Shown piece by piece: positions 12,924 through 20,000 of a stretch of 20,000 bases of DNA. The notes under the pieces are model-generated. The model saw only the letters and a program-made list of their open reading frames with translations, had not been told where the DNA came from and searched no databases. Within the stretch, counting starts at the first letter, position 1, and each line of letters opens with the position of its first letter. Origin of the DNA: Tricharina praecox (Eukaryota); NCBI RefSeq assembly GCF_024521635.1, contig NW_026250441.1:170865-190864 (forward strand), read 5' to 3'. The translations under genes were made by a program, and so were the position numbers.

Positions 12924-13376
12924 TGTAACAGAACGGTCGGGCTGGACTCCAGGTAGCGGAGATGGGTGGGTAGGTGAACAGGAACTGGGTTGGACAAGGG
13001 CGAGGCAAGATTGGGAGAGGAGGCAAGACAGGACTCAGTGCAGATGGCAACCGAGAAACAAGGGTGAAGACAGGAACTACGGCACAGATGGCAGCTGAGG
13101 TGAGAACTGAGGTAACAGTGATTGAATCAACAAGCTGTTGCGTGAAGAACTAAGTACACAGAGGCGACGGCCCATTTATATAGCAGAACCTTCACTTCTT
13201 CCCGCAACGTGACAATGACCGTGGGTGTGTGCCACTCCCTGGGAAATACACCTGGCCATCACCCCGCTTCAGTGACTCATACCCTTCGCAGTCGGACTAA
13301 CCCTGCTTCCTGCACACAGCTCCAATCCTCTGCGACTCACTCCTGCGCTATCACTGCTCCTTGCAAACAGCCCCAA
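12924..13376 (-). mobile_element. Partial LTR of family A (3' LTR or solo), interrupted by element A
   Basis: Begins TGTAACA at 12924. Its reverse complement is colinear with 13488-13936 (shared cccacggtcattgtca, gttgcgggaagaagtg, ctatataaa, tcaatcactgttacctc, cgctacctggag...cccgaccgt), roughly 80% identical by eye. Confidence 0.92.
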
Positions 13377-13936
13377 TGTCACGGCTCGCGATGGAATGGC
13401 GAAGGGAGGGTCGGCACAAGGATCGGGAGAGTTGGGGGGCAGTGCAGAGGCAGTGCACCGGCAGTGCAAGGATGAGTCGCAGAGGATTTGGGGCTGTGTG
13501 TAGGGAGCAGGGATAGCGGAGCAATCAGTCGCAGGAGATTGGGGCTGTGTGCAGGAAGCAGGGGTAGTGCGGCTGCGCAGGGTATGAGTCACGGAAGTGG
13601 GGGTACTTGCAAGGTGGATTTCTCAGGGTCTGGCACACGCCCACGGTCATTGTCAGGTTGCGGGAAGAAGTGGAGGGTTTCCTATATAAACGGGCCGTTG
13701 CCCCTCTGTACTTAGTTCATCACGCAACAACTTGTTAATTCAATCACTGTTACCTCTGTCCTTGCCTCGGCTGCCGTCTGCGCCGTAGTCCTTGTCCCTG
13801 CCTCTGTTCTCAGTTGCCGTCTGCACTGAGTCCTGCCTCACCTTGTCCCCTGAACCCGTCTTGCCTCTACCGAACCCAGAACCCGATCCCCAGCCCGGCT
13901 TCGCTACCTGGAGCCTTGCCCGACCGTGCCGTTACA
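13377..13936 (+). repeat. 5' LTR of element A (560 bp)
   Basis: Termini TGTCACGGCTC...GTGCCGTTACA (9/11 inverted match). TATA at 13683. Internal repeats: gcagtgca x3 at ~13439-13468 and a ~53-bp tandem pair at ~13474-13580. The 3' boundary is confirmed by the inverted copy ending at 12924. Confidence 0.9.
13683..13690 (+). promoter_or_regulatory. TATA box of LTR A
   Basis: TATATAAA, conserved in the inverted LTR copy (tttatata at ~13175-13182). Confidence 0.7.
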
Positions 13937-13938
13937 CT

Positions 13939-13947
13939 TTGTTGCGT
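13939..13947 (+). other. Putative self-priming primer-binding site
   Basis: TTGTTGCGT, 2 nt after the LTR's terminal CA, is the exact reverse complement of ACGCAACAA (13722-13730) located ~32 nt after the TATA box. There is no TGG-type tRNA PBS. Confidence 0.65.
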
Positions 13948-13975
13948 CCCCTATCTCTCCACCTAGCGAACTACC

Positions 13976-15367
13976 ATGGCCACCAACACTCAGGTACCCG
14001 GCGTCCCCCAGCAGGACAAAGTACCAGTGGCACCCCCCTTCTACCGAGAAATTCCTGCCGCTATCTACGAACAACTCGAGATCATCGTCAATCATGATGT
14101 ACCCGCCGATGATGCAACCCTGATGGGGTTGTACAATGAATTCAGAATCCTCACCCGCGCAATCACCCAGTCCCCAATAGCCGTACCGACCTGGCGATTC
14201 GACGACCTTGAAGAACAACTTGCTGACGCCCGCCGCATCGCCAACCGCCTCGCAACCGTCGAAACCCAACCTCCAAGACGCGCTGAGCGCGTCCCAGAGC
14301 CAGCCATGTTCGACGGAACACGCGAGAAACTGGAAGGGTTCGTTGCGCAACTTTGACTCAAGCTGTACAGCGACCCAGCCCGTTTCCCAATTCCAGCACT
14401 CCGAATGGCCTATGCCTTCAACCGCTTGGAAGGCCGCGCCCAAGCCCAGATCCTGCCGTACATCGAGAATCACAACATCACCCTCACCGACGCTGATGCG
14501 ATCATCACACTCCTGAACAACGCATTTGGTGACCCTGACCCAGCGGCCACCGCTCGAGCCAAGCTACACCACTTGAAACAAGGCAATAAGGAGTTCATCT
14601 CCTACTTTGCGGAATTCCAGATGCTTGTCTCCAAGCTCAATTGGGACGAGCATGCGAAACCTGACGCGCTGCGAGAAGGAGTATCCATCGAACTCCACCA
14701 TCAACTTGTGGGCCGTACTCAGGGCCTCAACTACGATGAGTTTGTGGCACTCTGTCAACGCCTTGACTCCGAGCCGCGTGCCCTCCAACTTCGTGAGGGA
14801 CGCCGCACCACCAACCCCCCTCGGCAGAGTAGCGCCCCACACCCAACGGCTCCGCTCAGGCACACCACCTACAACACCATGCCCGCGACGACCACTGCCA
14901 CAGGAACGGCCCCCGGAGCCATGGACTTGAGTGCCAATAGCCGCAGGATCCCAGACCAAGAGCGTGCTGCCCGACTCCGCGAAGGCCACTGCCTGTACTG
15001 TGGGGGAAGTGGCCACATGGCCAGGCACTGCCCCAACAAGAACCGAAATCCGTTCCGAGCAGCTGTGGCCCGGCTGGAGTCAGCCCAGCCCACCAACACC
15101 ACCCCAACTCACACCTATCACAACTGCAACCAGGATTGCGGCGAGACCTCCCAGCAGTCGGGAAAAGCCTGGACCAACAACCGCTTGATGGCACTGTTGT
15201 TGGTCGTACCCAGGATAAGTCTTTGTCTCCTATGTCCCCTATTTTTCGTTTGTCTAGTCTCTCAGTGTCAGGAATGGTTGTGGAAGAATCATCAATGGAA
15301 GGAAAACATCTTGTTGTATTGTGTAACCTTTCGTTTGGTGACAAAACTATTGCCACGCATGCGCTGA
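13976..15367 (+). pseudogene. gag: gag of element A, one in-frame stop
   Basis: ORFs 13976..14356 and 14405..15367 share a frame and are split by TGA at 14354-14356. Motifs: PEPAMFDGTREKLEGFVAQL, LKQG..FISYFAEF, PGAMDL and the zinc knuckle CLYCGGSGHMARHC (from 14990). The ancestral end is probably near SGKA (~15170). Confidence 0.92.
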
Positions 15368-17508
15368 TCGACTCTGGGGCAACCGGAATTGCATTTGTAG
15401 ACAAAGACTTCGCCCGCCATCACCACCTACCCCTCGTACCCCTGAAATCCCCGCGAAGTCTCGAAGTCAACGATGGCCGTCCCATCGAGTCAGGCGACAT
15501 CACACATGTTGCCACCACCACCCTGTCCATACAGGAACACCACGAGCAAATCCCTATGTTTGTCACCAAACTAGGCCACTACCCCGTTGTACTCGGAATT
15601 CCCTGGATGGACCTCCACGATGTGGCCATCCGGTTCAGCTCCCGAACCCTCACCTTCGGCTCCCAATACTGCACAGCCAATTGCGATGCGGTGCCCACAG
15701 TTGCACATGGAATCACCACCGACCCGCCTGACGTATCCACCTACGCTCTCGCGTCAAAAGCAGCTCAGCAAGAGCCAGCGGTAAGCGCGGGGGCCGGCGA
15801 CATCGTGGCCCGCTACATTACGTCTCCCCCAAGGAAGAATCACCAAGAATGCACTAACCTTTCAAGGGAAAGCACAGTCAGAATCTCAGCCTTACAGATG
15901 GAGTCATTCCAAGAACTGGTCAACAAGGAGAGCCTCACGATTTTCAACACCACGCTTGCCGAGGTCAACGGTGCACTGGAAGGAAACAAGGACCCCACGG
16001 CAAATATCCCTCACGAATACCAAGAATTCCTACCGCTGTTCTCTGAAGCACTTGCTCAGAACTTGCCCCCGCACCAACACTACGGCCATAAGATTCCACT
16101 CAAGGAGGGATTTACGTCACCATACGGACCACTGTACTCACTTTCGAAAACGGAGCTTGTCGCACTGAAGGAATGACTTGACGACAACCTCAGCAAAGGT
16201 TTCATCCGTGCCTCTTCCTCTCCAGCAGCATCGCCAATCCTGTTTGTCAAGAAATCGGATGGCTGCCTACGCCTGTGTGTGGATTACAGGGGCCTGAACG
16301 AAGGAACAATCAAGAATAGGTACCCACTCTCACTTCTCCAAGAAACTCTGATGCGGCTATCCGGGGCAAAATACTTCACCACCCTGGATATCCGCGGTGC
16401 CTACAACCTTGTGCGGATGGCGGAAGGAGAAGAGTGGAAAACTGCCTTCCGGACACGCTACGGGCTCTTCGAATCCCTCGTCATGCCCTTCGGCCTCACC
16501 AACGCCCCTGCCGACTTCCAAGCTCTGATCAACGATGTGCTACGCCCGTTCCTCGACGACTTCTGTACCGCATTCATCGATGACGTCTTCATTTACAGCG
16601 GATCCTTAGATGAACACCGGAAACATGTCAGGAAAGTACTTCAGGCCTTATCAGCAGCCGGTCTACATCTCAAACCCGAAAAATGTCATTTCCACCAGAC
16701 AGAAGTCAAGTATTTGGGACTGATCATTACAACAAACGGGATCAAGATGGACCCAGCGAAAGTCTCCTGCATACTGGAATGGGAGGAGCCGAGTACCGTC
16801 ACCGATGTGCAATGCTTTCTGGGATTTGCGAACTTCTACCGGCGATTCATCCAAGACTATTCCAAGGTGGTATCCCCATTGACAGCATTGACCAAGAAGG
16901 AGGATGGAAAGTATGTTCCCTTCATGTGGGGACCGGAACAGCAGAAAGCATTCGACGAACTAAAAACAGCATTCACCTCGGCCCCGATCATCCTGCACTT
17001 CGACTACGATCGGCAGATAGTAGTGGAAACTGATGCCTCCGACTACGTCTCTGCCAGAGTCCTATCTCAGTACACCAACGAGGGAATCCTGCACCCAGTG
17101 GCTTTCTATTCCAAGAAACACTCCCTCGCAGAATGCAACTACGAGATCTATGACAAAGAACTCCTTGCAATCATCCGCGCCTTTGAGTAGTGGAGACCAC
17201 CTCTGGAGGGCGCTCCTCACCCCATCCAAGTCCTAAGCGGCCACAAGAATCTGGAGTATTTTATGACAACGAAACTACTCAACCGACTACCAGCTCGATG
17301 GTCAGAGTTCCTTTCCCGTTTCCATTTCAAGATTGTCTACCGACCAGGCAAAGCGGGAGGAAAACCGGATGCACTGACCAGGAGGTCAGGAGACCTCCCC
17401 AAAGAAGGGGATGAAAGACTGCTTGCCAACCAGCAGGCAGTCCTGAAACCGGACAACCTACCCGAAGAGCTCCGGTTGGCAGCAACCAACACACCCGAAC
17501 AAGACCGT
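15136..17508 (+). pseudogene. pol: pol of element A: aspartic protease, reverse transcriptase, RNase H; two in-frame stops; no integrase
   Basis: One frame throughout: ALIDSGATG (15361), [50 protein letters not shown] (FIDD at 16573-16584), [46 protein letters not shown]. Stops are TGA 16174-16176 and TAG 17188-17190. Confidence 0.96.
15160..15166 (+). other. Candidate -1 ribosomal frameshift heptamer G GGA AAA
   Basis: X XXY YYZ pattern correctly phased in the gag frame. The pol ORF (15136..) is in the -1 frame and open at this point. Confidence 0.7.
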
Positions 17509-18198
17509 TGTGACACCCCGATAGGTATCGGAGGTCACGACGGTCCCAAGAAATGTGATTAGATAGTTCGGGTGATTAGAATAGAGTTCCAAGCCGAAAG
17601 GATAGTTAGAAGCGATCGAGGACAAGATAGGAAGGAGAGAGCAAACGGATTCCAGAGTCTAGACAGTGATCGGAGATGCGGGAGATCGGGATAACAGTCC
17701 AGAGGACTTTGAGATCTCCGATCATAGGGCCCCATAGTAGGAACTCCGATCCAGGAAAAAACTGTTATGACGAGAGAATCGAACATCGACCGATGGGGGT
17801 AGAGAACTTCGAGCGAAGAAATCTGGCGGCGCATGAGGGAGATAATTGCTCGGAAACTCCAATCTATCTTGGTCGCGTGGTGCTTACCACCTGCCTAGTC
17901 GAGAAGACTATCCGAAGAGAGCTGACGACGACTCGAGGCTAGGCCGCGGAACTTTGATGCAAAGGAAGCAACAGAGCTACGTTAGGCCGCACTCTAGAGA
18001 AATCACGTGCTGAGGATCGGCACGGCTATAAGTCGAACCGAGCGGGCAACCGAACCAAACTACAATCATCGCACCGAACAAACCATCGAAGAAACCTCCT
18101 TTAGCTTATTCCGTTGTGAATTATCGAAATCCCGGACTTTTATTCTATACTCGATAATACCATAGACTCCGACGACCTGAACTCGTTCCAGTCTCACA
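17509..18198 (+). repeat. 5' LTR of element B (690 bp)
   Basis: Termini TGTGACAC...GTCTCACA (7/8 inverted match). The 3' boundary is supported by the inverted homolog ending at 12662, and the gag ATG follows at 18237. Confidence 0.85.
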
Positions 18199-18236
18199 CT
18201 ATAATCTTAAGGTTACAGTCACCGATTTCTAACGAA

Positions 18237-19431
18237 ATGTCCTCCTCAAACCTCGACATGCTCCGCCTCGAACTTCCTCAGACCCTGAGCAATGCGCTCG
18301 TTAGCATCCCGCAAGCATCCGAAACCGTCGAAGTACGAAACCCGGCAGCCTGGCTCAGGCTGATGAACCACCAATACCAAACGGCACAAAGAGACCTGCG
18401 CCAACTTTACCAAGCATGCGATCAGAAGTTCAACGAAGAGGACTCCCGAATGCAGGAAATCAGAAGGAACTACGAACAACTCTGCGATGGGGTCAAGTAT
18501 GTGTACAACCTCTACGCTCACAATGCCGAAATGAATACAGAATGGCTTCGAACCGAGCTCTCAACGGTAGCGAACGCGACGCACGCCCTGAGCAGCGACG
18601 TATGGGCAGTCATTCGAGAACGTAACCAGAAAGACGAAGACAACCGCGAACTGAAAAGCGTCGCAAACGCTCGGCTACAAGATGCCATCGTGTTCCTCGC
18701 AACGGCGCAAGTCGAACAACGCAGGGAGCAAGCGGTGTATAACCGCAACGTGGAAATATGGGCAGGGAAACAGGAAGAGAAGGCAGAATACCTCTACAAA
18801 GAGCAACAGCGAATCAAGGAAAAAATCGCTCGAGCAGAGAAAAAATTGAAGGCTGTAGAGGTAAGGACAGGAAAGGCGAAGGAAAAGGCCCCAGAGTGGG
18901 TAAACACCACACCAAGAGGAGGATCGCGGGCAGAAAGATCAGCGACAAGGGAAACTCCGGCAGGTGCAGGAATGTCCCCTCCTCCTCCACCCCCAAGACG
19001 TCTGGTGACTAACCTTGGAGGTGATCCCTCGGGTGAGGAACCATTGGATGATGACGATTCCATCCCCTTGCCGCGTCGTTCGCCGCCCCGTCACCGAAAC
19101 GCTCCACTACCAAGAGAAAACGACGAAGATGAAGAGAGTCGCTTCACTCGGATCATCGCTGCTGCCGTCTCCGCATCGAACCCGAGGGCCATCAAGCTTA
19201 AGATGAAAGAGCCCAAGTCGTTCGATGGCAAGTGTCACAGTTCAGAAATCCTGACCTTAAGTAGCTACTGGGATGATGGTCTTCAGCCATCAAAATACCT
19301 TTTGGTCGAGTGGTATAGTACTTTCCCAGTGTACTTTATTACAGCAAGCAAAGGACAGCCTTCCGTCCATGGTGGGACTCAGTCGAAGAATATCTTGAGT
19401 TCCACCCAGAGACAAACGAGCAGCAGAAGAT
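18237..19431 (+). pseudogene. gag: gag of element B with a long coiled-coil-like N-terminus; disrupted by an insertion and a deletion
   Basis: Open from 18237 to KLKMKEPKSFDGK. Removing 19233-19348 restores FDGK-QRTAFRPWWDSVEEYLEFHPETNEQQKI, typical of the start of a retrotransposon capsid domain. Confidence 0.82.
19233..19343. mobile_element. 111-bp solo-LTR-like insertion with a 5-bp target site duplication
   Basis: GCAAG(19228-19232)-TGTCACAG...TTATTACA-GCAAG(19344-19348). It has TG...CA ends, is AT-richer than its flanks, and its excision restores the gag frame. Confidence 0.88.
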
Positions 19432-19869
19432 ATGGACCTGGGACTGGTCGCGTACATCGATGACCTCCTCATCTATGCTAAGACGCACGAGGAGCATGAC
19501 AAGATAGTCATCGAGGTACTAAAGAGGTTGTAAGAAAATAAGTTGGCAATCTCACCAGAGAAGTGTGTCTGGTCGACAGGCAGAGTCGAGTTCCTAGGAT
19601 ACGTGATATCCCAAGATGGAATTGAGATGGCTAAGGACAAGGTGGAATCTGTGCTCTCGTGGGAGGCGCCGCGGTCCCTGAAGGAAGTACAAGCCTTTCT
19701 TGGGTTCGCCAATTTTTACAGGCGCTTCATCAAGGATTTCTCAAAGATCACGAGACCCTTGACCGAGAGCACAAAAGAAAAAGGGAAGGATTGGAGATGG
19801 ACAGGAGAAATGGAACTGGCCTTCGAGGAGCTGAAGTCTAGGTTCACCACGGCACCGATTATCGGACAC
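19432..19869 (+). pseudogene. pol: C-terminal half of a Gypsy reverse transcriptase (largely missed by the ORF track)
   Basis: MDLGLVAYIDDLLIYAKTHEEHDKIVIEVLKRL*ENKLAISPEKCVWSTGRVEFLGYVISQDGIEM...[26 protein letters not shown]...FTTAPIIGH. YIDD is at 19453-19464 and there is a TAA at 19531-19533. Confidence 0.95.
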
Positions 19870-20000
19870 TTAGGGTTAGGGTTAGGGTTAGGGTTAGGGT
19901 TAGGGTTAGGGTTAGGGTTAGGGTTAGGGTTAGGGTTAGGGTTAGGGTTAGGGTTAGGGTTAGGGTTAGGGTTAGGGTTAGGGTTAGGGTTAGGGTTAGG
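19870..20000 (+). repeat. Telomere (TTAGGG)n
   Basis: 21 perfect TTAGGG units plus TTAGG to the window end, with the G-rich strand running 5'->3' towards the terminus. Confidence 0.99.

Larger units (their letters stand above)
13377..17508 (+). mobile_element. Ty3/Gypsy LTR retrotransposon, family A (fungal MAGGY/CfT-1-like); 5' LTR-gag-PR-RT-RNaseH, cut before integrase
   Basis: TG...CA LTR followed by gag and a -1 frame pol in the Gypsy order PR-RT-RH. Homology stops at 17508 where LTR B begins. Confidence 0.96.
17509..19869 (+). mobile_element. Ty3/Gypsy LTR retrotransposon, family B; internally deleted and truncated by the telomere
   Basis: LTR, then a long gag-like ORF, then a Gypsy RT fragment. 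Inserted into element A just after RNase H. Confidence 0.9.

Noticed and set aside
13904..15404. Long antisense ORFs over gag A (and similar ones over gag B and the MFS gene)
   Set aside because: Shadow ORFs caused by codon bias of the sense genes.
19432..20000. Telomerase, Penelope-like or telomere-targeted non-LTR (MoTeR/SART-like) element at the telomere
   Set aside because: The RT motifs ([24 protein letters not shown]) are Ty3/Gypsy, and the junction is mid-ORF rather than at an element terminus.

Overview
Fungal (ascomycete-like) chromosome end. The left ~12 kb is gene-poor: one intact 8-exon MFS transporter gene (minus strand, 6820-9091, 624 aa, one GC-AG intron), a short LINE-like relic (~5920-6054) and unidentifiable degenerate sequence. 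From 12629 to 19869 lies a Russian-doll nest of LTR retrotransposons, mostly Ty3/Gypsy. In order: a minus-strand family-B LTR end, interrupted by a minus-strand family-A LTR, interrupted by a plus-strand family-A element (LTR, gag with CCHC knuckle, -1 slippery site, protease-RT-RNaseH, three in-frame stops), interrupted before its integrase by a plus-strand family-B element. That last element's gag carries a 111-bp solo-LTR-like insertion with a 5-bp TSD and is fused by a deletion to an RT fragment. The RT fragment runs directly into a perfect (TTAGGG)n telomere (19870-20000), which looks like a healed chromosome break. Element A lacks a tRNA PBS but shows a Tf1-type self-priming signature. 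All alignments were done by eye and no database searches were run.
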